A stretch of 64,000 nt of DNA, taken from an uncultured Planctomycetia bacterium. GTDB taxonomy: Bacteria; Omnitrophota; Gorgyraeia; JABMRG01. Location of the stretch: assembly GCA_964634945.1 (NCBI GenBank), contig CAZWMG010000007.1:3488-67487 (forward strand), written 5' to 3'. Positions 19,484 through 28,486 of the stretch are shown here, in pieces. Position 1 is the stretch's first letter; every line of letters starts with the position of its first letter. Below the pieces are notes generated by a model, which saw nothing but the letters and a program-made list of their open reading frames with translations, had not been told where the DNA came from and did not search any database. Both the position numbers and the translations under genes were made by a program.

Positions 19484-19529
19484 CTGTTATGGGTAGCCTT
19501 TCTGAGCATTAAAGACTGTTTTCGAATAC

Positions 19530-21011
19530 TTACTCTACAAAATTACAGCTTATTTGAAAGCCTACCATAGCAGACCCCCTTGTTCTTTTTTCAGCAACAG
19601 ATCGTGTCTGTACATTACTAAAACTCTCTGAGCTCTCAAGCAAAGTTACAAGCTTGAATACCTCTGAAATCTTTTGCGCTCTCCCGCGAAACCTGACCAC
19701 CTTGGATGTATCATCATAGTTAAAATCACTTAGATATATATTCCCCGGTATTATACTGTAAAGATTATATATAGCATTCAATGATGATGCTTCACCTGAA
19801 AGTTGCGCTTTTATGCTCCGTAACTTCTTAAATTTTGCCTCCGTCTGGTTAGCTGCCGATTCTACCTGAGAATACATCAATTTCAGTTCACTGAGAAGCG
19901 CTTCTCTCTGCCATATCTTTAAACCCACGAGTCCGAATAAAACTAAAAAAAGGATAGATAGCGCAACTGAAATATTTATAACTCTTTTGAAAGTAACGGT
20001 TGTGCTCTGTTTCTTCTTTTGCTTTTGAGAAATAAGATTAATGCCTTCCACAGCAAATGGCCCACCATATACTGTGCATATCGAGGCATCCTGTGGCACA
20101 CCTGCTTCTGTTATTGCCTCACCCTCAAAAGATGATTTTCTTAAGACATTTATTACTTTGCAAGGAGTGTTAATTCTGGTCGCAAAAAACTCCTTAAAGT
20201 CTTCAATGACAGAGCCGGCTCCGGTTATAACAAACTCTGATATATCCACCGCTGCCATAGCCTTCTCTTTAAAATGCGCGGCTATTGAGCGCTTTATCTC
20301 ATCTGCGAGTTTCTCCTTTGGCGAATTGCCTTTTTCCTTCTGCTTTGATATATCCAGTGCGCCTATAGAGATTGACCTGCTAAAATTAGGCCTTCCATCA
20401 GAAACTATTACTATCTCAGTGCTATTACTATCTATATCTATCAGACAGATGATCTTCCCCTGCTTTATCAACCCTTTTACTGTATTGAGCCACCCCATTA
20501 TAGCCTCTGAGCTCAATCTTATCTGCCTAAGCCTACTAACCAGGGCGCCTAATACGCGATTGATCCTCGCTATCTCATTCTTTGGAGAGATAACTAGCAT
20601 GACACTAGAATAACCTTCCTCGTCACTGCCCAACACTTCGTAATCTGATATAATCTCGTCTTCAGAGTATGGTGTCTGCTTCGCTGTCTCAAATGATACC
20701 ATCTTCTCTATCTCTGACCTATCTAGAGTAGGAAGGCGCATATACCTTACCATGGCCTTCTCCCTTGATATGATAGCGGTAACAGCTTCAGGCCTTATGC
20801 CTCTGCTGCTTACAGTATCATTCAATAACTTAGCTGTCTCTTCTTCAGATAGTCCGTATACAGATTCGACTAAAAGATTGGTTACGATAGGCCCCCTTGG
20901 GGTAATTTGTGATTCCAGGATTTTGAGATACTTGCTATCTACCTGTATATAGAGGTGCGGTCTTTTAGATATGATAAATGGGAAATTCAATTTTACTACT
21001 CCTGATACCAA
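19530..21011 (-). CDS. PilM-PilN fusion (GspL-like)
   Basis: Actin-like N-domain (LIDIDSNSTEI, FSRSISIG, VITGAGS), INLI linker, TM, PilN-like C-terminus. Confidence 0.75.
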   Translation of the reverse strand: MVSGVVKLNFPFIISKRPHLYIQVDSKYLKILESQITPRGPIVTNLLVESVYGLSEEETAKLLNDTVSSRGIRPEAVTAIISREKAMVRYMRLPTLDRSEIEKMVSFETAKQTPYSEDEIISDYEVLGSDEEGYSSVMLVISPKNEIARINRVLGALVSRLRQIRLSSEAIMGWLNTVKGLIKQGKIICLIDIDSNSTEIVIVSDGRPNFSRSISIGALDISKQKEKGNSPKEKLADEIKRSIAAHFKEKAMAAVDISEFVITGAGSVIEDFKEFFATRINTPCKVINVLRKSSFEGEAITEAGVPQDASICTVYGGPFAVEGINLISQKQKKKQSTTVTFKRVINISVALSILFLVLFGLVGLKIWQREALLSELKLMYSQVESAANQTEAKFKKLRSIKAQLSGEASSLNAIYNLYSIIPGNIYLSDFNYDDTSKVVRFRGRAQKISEVFKLVTLLESSESFSNVQTRSVAEKRTRGSAMVGFQISCNFVE

Positions 21012-22147
21012 TATTTGATTAAAGGCGGCTTATCCTTGTCCTTAAAACTGTATACCGCCTCCAATCTCATCTTTACCCTTTTTACCCGAGCTAACACTAT
21101 TGCGCGATATGTATCTGAAGTAACTCGAAACTGTGGGCTTAAACCTGAGATAAGGCCCCTTACCCTGCTATATTCATCAGTTGTTATACCATAGATATTA
21201 GCATACCATTGTCCATCTTGCAAATTCTTTATTTCAACAAGCCCTTCTTTTCCTCTATCTGTTATAGTTGAACCATAGGAAAACCAGGCATCATCACTTG
21301 TGCCGATAAGGTCATCCTCACCTCTCCTATAATCCATTATTTTTGACGCAAGATTAGTAAAATCCGGGCCAAAGAGAGCGCTTAGGACCGGTTCGCTAGC
21401 GCTATTGATATTTATTTTTCCGCTGCCAAAGACTGTGATATATGGCTTAATCATATTAAGAACTTTTGAGTCAACCCCCCTTACAAGCAGGAGCTCATAT
21501 ATTGTATTGAAATCTGAATCTTTACAATCGTATCGCTCCGGGAGGCCTTGGTAATACATATCCTCAGCACCATAGAGAAGCCTGTTCTCGGAAGACATGA
21601 CAAGATCATCTTTATCGCGCCAGTCCAATATCGCCCCGGCTATCTCTGCCGCATTATCCTCATCAATATTAAAATATACCAACAGATTATTTAGCGTCTC
21701 CTCAGTAACCATATTGAGATTAATCTTTGATTCTTCATCCATAAGGCCATATAACGTAACAGGCGCATCTTCACCCTGATCAAACAAGGGGTATTCATAA
21801 CTTACTGTATAGCTTCCATCTCCGAAAGGATGCCTGTCAAAAAGCGCCTTATTATTTGCCCATGGCTGGCTCAAGGCATCGATGCCTACTGAAAGGTTTT
21901 TTTTGTATTCAAGCTTTTTCTCTGATATTACACGTGTAATGCCAGCACGCGCTATGAAATAGGCCTTTATCTTGTCTATATCATAAGATGTAAGCTTAAG
22001 TGTAATAGCAGACTGTCTTCCTATGCTCACGGCAAATACGGCAAGTATGGCAACCATCCAAAGAGAGGCTATAAGTATTACACCTTTTTCGGTTTTAGGT
22101 TTTATGTTTTTGGTTGTCGTCTTATAATGCATAATCGCTCTTTTCAC
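20996..22147 (-). CDS. gspK: type II secretion minor pseudopilin GspK
   Basis: KGVILIASLW, DEESKINLN, ILDWRD, ELLLVRGV, KININSA. Confidence 0.88.
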   Translation of the reverse strand: MKRAIMHYKTTTKNIKPKTEKGVILIASLWMVAILAVFAVSIGRQSAITLKLTSYDIDKIKAYFIARAGITRVISEKKLEYKKNLSVGIDALSQPWANNKALFDRHPFGDGSYTVSYEYPLFDQGEDAPVTLYGLMDEESKINLNMVTEETLNNLLVYFNIDEDNAAEIAGAILDWRDKDDLVMSSENRLLYGAEDMYYQGLPERYDCKDSDFNTIYELLLVRGVDSKVLNMIKPYITVFGSGKININSASEPVLSALFGPDFTNLASKIMDYRRGEDDLIGTSDDAWFSYGSTITDRGKEGLVEIKNLQDGQWYANIYGITTDEYSRVRGLISGLSPQFRVTSDTYRAIVLARVKRVKMRLEAVYSFKDKDKPPLIKYWYQE

Positions 22148-22149
22148 TA

Positions 22150-22860
22150 CTACGTTGCCGATACACTAACTTCTCCCGATAGAATATCCGTAAGCCTACC
22201 TGCTGGGATACAAATCTGTCTAGAGAATGTTTTCTGTCTACCATCTATAGATTCTGATACCGAAATATCTATCTTTACCCCAAGCGGTAATCCATTTCCT
22301 GTTTCCCATAGATCGATCCATTCATACTCCGCGGCAGTGGGCTCCTCATCAATATTTTGCGCTGTTTGATACAGATCGAGATATAAATAAGTACATTTAA
22401 AATCAGAGATGCCCTCAAGAATAACATTGCCTTCTTTTACGGGTATATCGAAAAGCCCTCCTTCAACATCATCATCTAACATAAAAAGTGAAGCAAGCGC
22501 ATCTTTTAAAGGCTCTACTTCTCTTATCAGGGCCTGGCCCTTATCATTACCTTTTAAATAATAACTTACACGCCCCACATTTATATCCGCGCTATCACTC
22601 TCAGTCAATGTAGTTACAAAAGAAACTTTATCATTATAGCCTTCAAAGGGTAAGTTGGATATATAGACCATATTCCTAACATCCCTTGTCAGCTTTAGAA
22701 AAACGTGCCTTACTCTCTGTTGAAATTCCGCTTCCTGCTCAATACGTCTGTAGGAGATAATGCCTCCTCGAAAACATGAGTATAATACAACAGCTATCAA
22801 AGAGAATATAACTACTGATACCAAAAGCTCAATTAATGTGAACGCCTTTTCTCTATTCAT
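22150..22860 (-). CDS. GspJ-like minor pseudopilin
   Basis: Prepilin motif KAFTLIELLV; C-terminal LPLGVKIDI. Confidence 0.8.
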   Translation of the reverse strand: MNREKAFTLIELLVSVVIFSLIAVVLYSCFRGGIISYRRIEQEAEFQQRVRHVFLKLTRDVRNMVYISNLPFEGYNDKVSFVTTLTESDSADINVGRVSYYLKGNDKGQALIREVEPLKDALASLFMLDDDVEGGLFDIPVKEGNVILEGISDFKCTYLYLDLYQTAQNIDEEPTAAEYEWIDLWETGNGLPLGVKIDISVSESIDGRQKTFSRQICIPAGRLTDILSGEVSVSAT

Positions 22861-23285
22861 TCTTCCTCATCTTCATTAGGAATCGGCACATAAGTCAATA
22901 TATCTATCTTTCTTTCAAAGCCTCTCGCCTGCCAAGACAGCGAAGCGGCGAATCGTTCTATTTCAAGGTCTTCCTGATCATATTCTTCACCTTTATCATC
23001 ACTTGTAAGAGGGGATGTTTGGCTTCTTAGCTGGAAACCCTCATCCATAAAAACCGCGTTCTCCTCTAAGAAAGGTGGGGCGCCTTCTTCTGAATCAAGA
23101 AGAAGCTCAAGGCCAAAGGCCCTGTTCTTTAATATGAGAATAGCCTCACGATAACCATTAGATAATGAGACCGCTTTCAGTGATGAGGTAAACGCGTGGT
23201 TAATAAAAACAATAGAAACAGCGACTATAACAACTGTTATCAGAACCTCGATCAGCAAGAATGCCTTATTCTTCAATATAATCAT
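22857..23285 (-). CDS. GspI-like minor pseudopilin
   Basis: Prepilin-like KAFLLIEVLI; position between H and J. Confidence 0.7.
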   Translation of the reverse strand: MIILKNKAFLLIEVLITVVIVAVSIVFINHAFTSSLKAVSLSNGYREAILILKNRAFGLELLLDSEEGAPPFLEENAVFMDEGFQLRSQTSPLTSDDKGEEYDQEDLEIERFAASLSWQARGFERKIDILTYVPIPNEDEEE

Positions 23286-23844
23286 AAACTTTTATCAGGC
23301 CTGTGCCTGCTTCTATCGAAATTACGATGGTTTTGTTCTCTTTGCCAACAAGGTATATCTTAGTGAAATCCGTATCACCATCAGGCGAAAAGTCTACTAC
23401 GCTATTACCTGTCTTAATTTCTATGCCACTGGGCATCCTAAAAGATCTGCCCCAGCGCTCCTTCAGCGGCTTAAAAGTTTTATTTTCTTCATCTTTTACA
23501 AAAACCCTATAAAAGCAATTTTGAGCATCTATAACAAGCCTGTAATCTCTCCTTTCAAATACCGCTCTTTCAAGACAAAATTTTGCCGTATACGCGATGT
23601 TTTTAGCAGAGGTTGTAAGTTTAAGATCCTCATAGGTTCTTCTGAAGATGGGGGTAGATAAAGCTACAAGGGCAAGAATAATTGCGGCAACCAGCATCAG
23701 CTCCAGTAGAGTAAAGGCATAATTGGATCTCGAATCTTTGGTTTCCGGTATGCGATGCTTAACTTTAGATAGACACCGAAAGCCTAACATCAAACGCCTC
23801 CTCAATAGACTACTCTTTAATAACTTCCCAGTTGACAATATCAT
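23266..23844 (-). CDS. GspH-like minor pseudopilin
   Basis: AFTLLELMLV motif, FSPDG near the C-terminus; long leader. Confidence 0.75.
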   Translation of the reverse strand: MILSTGKLLKSSLLRRRLMLGFRCLSKVKHRIPETKDSRSNYAFTLLELMLVAAIILALVALSTPIFRRTYEDLKLTTSAKNIAYTAKFCLERAVFERRDYRLVIDAQNCFYRVFVKDEENKTFKPLKERWGRSFRMPSGIEIKTGNSVVDFSPDGDTDFTKIYLVGKENKTIVISIEAGTGLIKVYDYIEE

Positions 23845-24238
23845 CTGAGCTCTCTATCCCATCTGCTCCATATGAAAATAGATCGTAGTCGTGAAGATTA
23901 TGCGTTCCTGGAGATATATAGTTATAAGGATTGCCCCAAGGGTCTTTAGGGGTCTTTTTTATATATGGGCCTTTCCAATTAGGGGGGCTGGGCGGGGAGG
24001 GGGGCATTTTTCTCAAAGCCACAAGCCCCTGCTCAGTTGAAGGATATATTCCATTATCAAGCTCGTAAAGATCCAATGCTGTAGCAAGGTGCGCCTCTAT
24101 CTGGGCCTGTGCTGCCGCAAAACGCGCCTCCTGCGATCTACCAACAAGGCGTGGCACAACCAACGCGACAAGCACACTTATAATAATCACAACAAGCATA
24201 AGTTCTATTAAAGTAAAACCACTTTTTTTCATCTTCAT
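23810..24238 (-). CDS. gspG: type II secretion major pseudopilin GspG
   Basis: GFTLIELMLV, ALDLYELDNGIYPSTEQGL, WKGPY, KDPWGNPY, SYGADG. Confidence 0.95.
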   Translation of the reverse strand: MKMKKSGFTLIELMLVVIIISVLVALVVPRLVGRSQEARFAAAQAQIEAHLATALDLYELDNGIYPSTEQGLVALRKMPPSPPSPPNWKGPYIKKTPKDPWGNPYNYISPGTHNLHDYDLFSYGADGIESSDDIVNWEVIKE

Positions 24239-24244
24239 CTCCTT

Positions 24245-24334
24245 AATGAGCCCCTATGCTTTCTTTAAGAAAGCAAGAATAGGGGTGAATTAACCCCCGT
24301 CGCTTTGTTTCGCAAAGCGAAACAGCGGGGGTAA
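24245..24334. repeat. palindromic repeat family B (two hairpins)
   Basis: GAGCCCCTA..CTTTCTTTAAGAAAG..TAGGGGTGAATTAACCCCCG..GTTTCGCAAAGCGAAAC..CGGGGGTAA; closely similar copy at 42651. Confidence 0.75.
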
Positions 24335-24353
24335 CAACTACCCACAACTTAGA

Positions 24354-24373
24354 CCTGCCTGCCGGCAGGCAGG
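24354..24373. repeat. REP-like perfect palindrome (family C)
   Basis: CCTGCCTGCCGGCAGGCAGG; degenerate relatives near 32518 and 55173. Confidence 0.7.
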
Positions 24374-24410
24374 GAGTGAAACGAACTAAGTTGTGCAGCC
24401 GAATTAGAAT

Positions 24411-25415
24411 CTATAATTTGGCGCAAGATTTTCGTTCTATAAGTTTTGCTTCCAATAAGATCTTCAAAGGTTGCTTTTTCTTGCCTGATACTATCTGGTT
24501 TAATAATTCAACGCCCATCCTTCCCATCTCCGCGATAGGCTGCCATACAGTCGTTAATGCAACAGGTGAATATGAGCATAGTGGATTATCATCGAAACCT
24601 ACAATTGATATATCATCGGGAATCTTTAATCCCTTCTTCCGAGCGACATCCATCGCCTCCATAGCCATTACATCACTTGCGCAAAATACAGCGGTGGGGG
24701 GATCTTTAAGCGCTAATAGGTGCTCCATTGCCTTCTTGGCCGGTGAACGCAGATAATGGCCTACTGTAATATAATTCGTGCTCAGCTTCAAGCCATTCGA
24801 CTTAAGAGCAGCCTTAAAGCCCTCAAGACGCTTCTTACCGGATTCCGTTGAAAGGTCCCCTGCTATCGTAGCGATATTTTTATGTCCTAATTTTACAAGA
24901 TATTCCACTATATCGATAGCCGCTTTTTCATTATTAATGGCAATAGAATTTACAGGCTCTTTTTCAAAAGAATTATTTAAGACCATGCAAGGCACTTTTC
25001 TCGCAAGAATCTTTTTGAGCTGCTGTCTATCACTATTTATGTCGGCAAAAAGTATCGCGTCTATATACTCTGGGCTTAACGCGCTGCTTGTAAGCCAATC
25101 TTCGTGCTTTTGCCTTTCGCTTATATGTATAATAATATCTATCTTGAGCCTGCTTGCCGCAAGCACTACACCTTTTATAACCTTTGTGGCATAAAAAGAG
25201 TGGAATATATCCTCAAACTGAGGAACGATAAGGCCAAAGACCTTGCCTTTTTTGCGCTTTATGGCAGGACTCACAGAGGCGTTAAGTTTCATGGACTTTA
25301 TAACATCTTCAACCTTTTTCCTCTCAAGTGACTTTACATTAGGGGCCCCTTGCATAACCCTTGAAACGACCATTGACGAAACATTTGCTTTTTTTGCGAT
25401 ATCACTTATCTTCAC
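24411..25415 (-). CDS. LacI/GalR family transcriptional regulator
   Basis: KISDIAKKANVSSMVVSRV HTH; LVKLGHKNIA, IPDDISIVGFDD, LTTVWQP, LIERKS. Confidence 0.95.
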   Translation of the reverse strand: MKISDIAKKANVSSMVVSRVMQGAPNVKSLERKKVEDVIKSMKLNASVSPAIKRKKGKVFGLIVPQFEDIFHSFYATKVIKGVVLAASRLKIDIIIHISERQKHEDWLTSSALSPEYIDAILFADINSDRQQLKKILARKVPCMVLNNSFEKEPVNSIAINNEKAAIDIVEYLVKLGHKNIATIAGDLSTESGKKRLEGFKAALKSNGLKLSTNYITVGHYLRSPAKKAMEHLLALKDPPTAVFCASDVMAMEAMDVARKKGLKIPDDISIVGFDDNPLCSYSPVALTTVWQPIAEMGRMGVELLNQIVSGKKKQPLKILLEAKLIERKSCAKL

Positions 25416-25450
25416 TTTGTACCCCTTTTTTAATAAATCCTTATTCCTAT

Positions 25451-26668
25451 TTATCGTATCATTAAATTTAACTGAAATATTGGCAAAAGCATGGCGATAA
25501 CAATGAAACCAACTACAATACCCATAAAAAGTATAAGTCCTGGCTCAAGCAATGATGTAATTGCCTTTGTTGCGCGGTCAATCTCGGTATCATAGGCATC
25601 CGCGATCTTGAAAAGTGATTTTTCTAGCGTCCCGCTCTCTTCGCCGACAGCTATCATATTTGTTACCATCACGGGGAAATGTCCGCTCTTTTTTACGCTT
25701 ATTGATAAAGGAGCGCCTTCGACAACATCCTTTTTTGCCTCTTCCATGTCGTGCCTTATAACTGTATTCCCTAATGTAGAAGACGCTACACCCAACGCTT
25801 GTATAATAGGTACGCCATTACCGATAAGCGTGCCCAGTGTTCTGCCAAATCTAGCGATCTCTACCTTTTGAACAAAAGAACCCAAGAGTGGCACCTTAAG
25901 CTTTATCGCGTCAAAAGCAGCCTTACCATCTTCTGTTTTTAACCACCGACTAAAAGCCGTTATGGTAATAACAACAACAATTATCATCAGTATCCAGAAC
26001 CTTGCGAAAAAACTGCTTATGCCAATCAGTATCTTTGTTGGCAATGGCAAGGCCTGGCCAAGATCAATAAAGATTGATGTAAGCCTAGGTGCTACAAAAC
26101 TTAGGAGTACAAATATTGTAATAAATCCTACAAACGCCATCAGAGCCGGGTATGCCATACTGGCACGTACTTTTGAGATGCTCTCTTCGTCCTTCTCCAT
26201 GAAATCACTGAGGCGCCTTAAAACATTTTCCAGGCTACCGCTTATTTCACCGGCCGCTACCATACTAACATAGAGCACGGAGAATACTTTAGGATATTTT
26301 GCCAAAGCCGCTGAAAATGTAACGCCACCCCTGACATCATCGCGTATAAGCCCTATCGTATGCCTTAAATGCGGGCTTTCACTCTGCTCCATTAATACAC
26401 TTAGGCCGTTTAGCATGGTCATGCCCGAATCGAGCAGATTGGAAAGCTGTCTGGTAAAATTGCTCAGGTCACGCAGCCTAATAGACTTGAAAAACAGAAA
26501 TCTTCCTTTTGACTTTTTAATAAAAGCAGCTGTCTCTTCTTCAATTGAAAGAACAAAAAGCCCCATGGAGCTAAGCTTTGCAGCTGCCTGGTTCTGATTC
26601 TCCGCTTCTATCTTTCCTTCTTTAATCTCTGCAGGTCCGCGTTTCGCTTTATAGATATATCTTGGCAT
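25451..26668 (-). CDS. gspF: type II secretion / pilus platform protein GspF/PilC
   Basis: FTRQLSNLL, GEISGSLE, AMAYP, GEESGTLE, LLEPGLI. Confidence 0.93.
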   Translation of the reverse strand: MPRYIYKAKRGPAEIKEGKIEAENQNQAAAKLSSMGLFVLSIEEETAAFIKKSKGRFLFFKSIRLRDLSNFTRQLSNLLDSGMTMLNGLSVLMEQSESPHLRHTIGLIRDDVRGGVTFSAALAKYPKVFSVLYVSMVAAGEISGSLENVLRRLSDFMEKDEESISKVRASMAYPALMAFVGFITIFVLLSFVAPRLTSIFIDLGQALPLPTKILIGISSFFARFWILMIIVVVITITAFSRWLKTEDGKAAFDAIKLKVPLLGSFVQKVEIARFGRTLGTLIGNGVPIIQALGVASSTLGNTVIRHDMEEAKKDVVEGAPLSISVKKSGHFPVMVTNMIAVGEESGTLEKSLFKIADAYDTEIDRATKAITSLLEPGLILFMGIVVGFIVIAMLLPIFQLNLMIR

Positions 26669-26670
26669 AT

Positions 26671-28371
26671 CTACTCTTCTGCTTCTATTTCAGTAACGCG
26701 CAGGACTTCTCTTATTGTAGTAATGCCCGCTTCAACCTTAGCCATGCCATTATTAAATAATGTTCTCATGCCATTCTTTAATGCTCGTTCTTTTATTTCG
26801 TTTATCGGCGCTCTTTTAAGCACAAGATCTCGTGTCTGATCATCTAAAACAAGTATCTCGTAAATTGCTGTCCTGCCTTTAAAGCCGGTAAATTTACATG
26901 ATTCACAGCCTTTGCCTTCAAAGAATATCCTCTTCTGGTTAGGGTCAAGATTGAGATCCTTAAGCAGCTCTTTATCCGGGATAACTTCTTCCCTGCATTT
27001 ATCACATATCACCCTTACCAGCCTCTGTGCTATAGCCGCTTCTATTGAGCTTGAAACAAGGTATGGTTCAATGCCCATATCAATTAATCTTGTTATGGCA
27101 CCTGCCGCATCATTAGTATGTAAGGTTGAAAAGACAAGATGCCCGGTAAGGGCAACCCTTATGGCTATCTCTGCTGTCTCAAGGTCTCTTATCTCACCGA
27201 CCATCATAATATCCGGATCATGACGCAGCATTGAGCGTAATCCCGTACCAAAGGTGAGCCCGACTTTTGTATTGACCTGTATCTGGGTAATCCCTCTTAA
27301 CTGGTACTCGATAGGATCTTCTATGGTTATAATGTTCTTACTCGCGTCGTTAATCTTGCTTAAACAGGCATAGAGCGTTGTCGTCTTCCCGCTTCCTGTA
27401 GGGCCGGTAACGAGTAATATACCGTGAGGCTTTCCTATAATATCTTCTATAACATTTAGGTCATCTCCAAAAAGGCCTAATTTTTCAAGTCCCATAAGTA
27501 TGCTGCCGCTCAATATTCTTATATGCACACTCTCACCATATGAAGTTGGAATGACTGATACCCTGAGGTCAAGCTCCTCGTCTGATATCTTTAATTTTAT
27601 TCTGCCATCCTGAGGAAGGCGCCTCTCGGCGATATTTAACGCGGACATTATCTTTACACGCGAAACTATAGCTGAGTGCAGGTATTTTATTGTTGGTGGG
27701 ATGCTAGCATTGAACAAGACTCCATCAACGCGGTATCTGATACGGAGCTCACCTTCAAACGGCTCTATATGTATATCTGTTGCCCTTTCAGTAACAGCCT
27801 GATGGAGCACCTGATTTACAAATTTTATAATTGAGGCGTCATCTGCCATATCATCAATATCGCTGGATGCCTCAAGCTGTGTAGGCCCGGAATCCTCTAC
27901 ATCAGCCTGCCCCATAATCTTTTCTACTGTCTCAGCGCCAACTCCATAGTATCTCTTTATAGACTCGAGTATATCCTTCTCACCTGACAATACAGGCTCT
28001 ATATCATATTTAAGGACAAGTTTTATATCATCCAATATCGCGAGATCAAGGGGATTTGTTACAGCGATTGTCAGTTTTACACCTTTAAGACTTATCGGGA
28101 TTATTTTATAATAACAGGCAAATTTAGCGGGAACCTTCTCAATAATTTCTGGCTCTATATCAAGATCTTTTAATCTTTTATATGGAAAACCTATTTGACG
28201 GGAGAGCGTTATTAGGACCTGCTCTTCGGTCGCAAACCCAAGATCGACAATAGTATTACCGATTAAGCTACCCGTTATCTGCTGCTCTGAAAGCGCCTTT
28301 TCAAGCTGCTTAGCAGTTATTACTTGATCCTCGAGAAGTATCTCACCTAATTTTCTATCAGGTCTTGACAT
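26671..28371 (-). CDS. gspE: type II secretion ATPase GspE/PilB (probable ATG at 28371)
   Basis: KLGEILL, ATDIHIEP, RLPQDGR, GPTGSGKTTT, EDPIEY, LRHDPD, HTND, Cys4 motif. Confidence 0.95.
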   Translation of the reverse strand: MSRPDRKLGEILLEDQVITAKQLEKALSEQQITGSLIGNTIVDLGFATEEQVLITLSRQIGFPYKRLKDLDIEPEIIEKVPAKFACYYKIIPISLKGVKLTIAVTNPLDLAILDDIKLVLKYDIEPVLSGEKDILESIKRYYGVGAETVEKIMGQADVEDSGPTQLEASSDIDDMADDASIIKFVNQVLHQAVTERATDIHIEPFEGELRIRYRVDGVLFNASIPPTIKYLHSAIVSRVKIMSALNIAERRLPQDGRIKLKISDEELDLRVSVIPTSYGESVHIRILSGSILMGLEKLGLFGDDLNVIEDIIGKPHGILLVTGPTGSGKTTTLYACLSKINDASKNIITIEDPIEYQLRGITQIQVNTKVGLTFGTGLRSMLRHDPDIMMVGEIRDLETAEIAIRVALTGHLVFSTLHTNDAAGAITRLIDMGIEPYLVSSSIEAAIAQRLVRVICDKCREEVIPDKELLKDLNLDPNQKRIFFEGKGCESCKFTGFKGRTAIYEILVLDDQTRDLVLKRAPINEIKERALKNGMRTLFNNGMAKVEAGITTIREVLRVTEIEAEE

Positions 28372-28397
28372 TGAATTACCTCTTTTATATAACACTT

Positions 28398-28426
28398 AAT
28401 ATAACATAAGGTATTATAAGTTGCAA
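28398..28426 (-). promoter_or_regulatory. sigma70-like promoter of the gspE operon
   Basis: TTGCAA-17 nt-TATATT. Confidence 0.5.
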
Positions 28427-28442
28427 CTAGAATTAATCCTCT

Positions 28443-28486
28443 AGACCGGTTCTTGAGCACGGGTACCCGTGCTCAAGAACCGGTCT
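28443..28486. repeat. perfect 44-bp loopless palindrome overlapping the mtaB stop codon
   Basis: AGACCGGTTCTTGAGCACGGGT|ACCCGTGCTCAAGAACCGGTCT. Confidence 0.85.
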
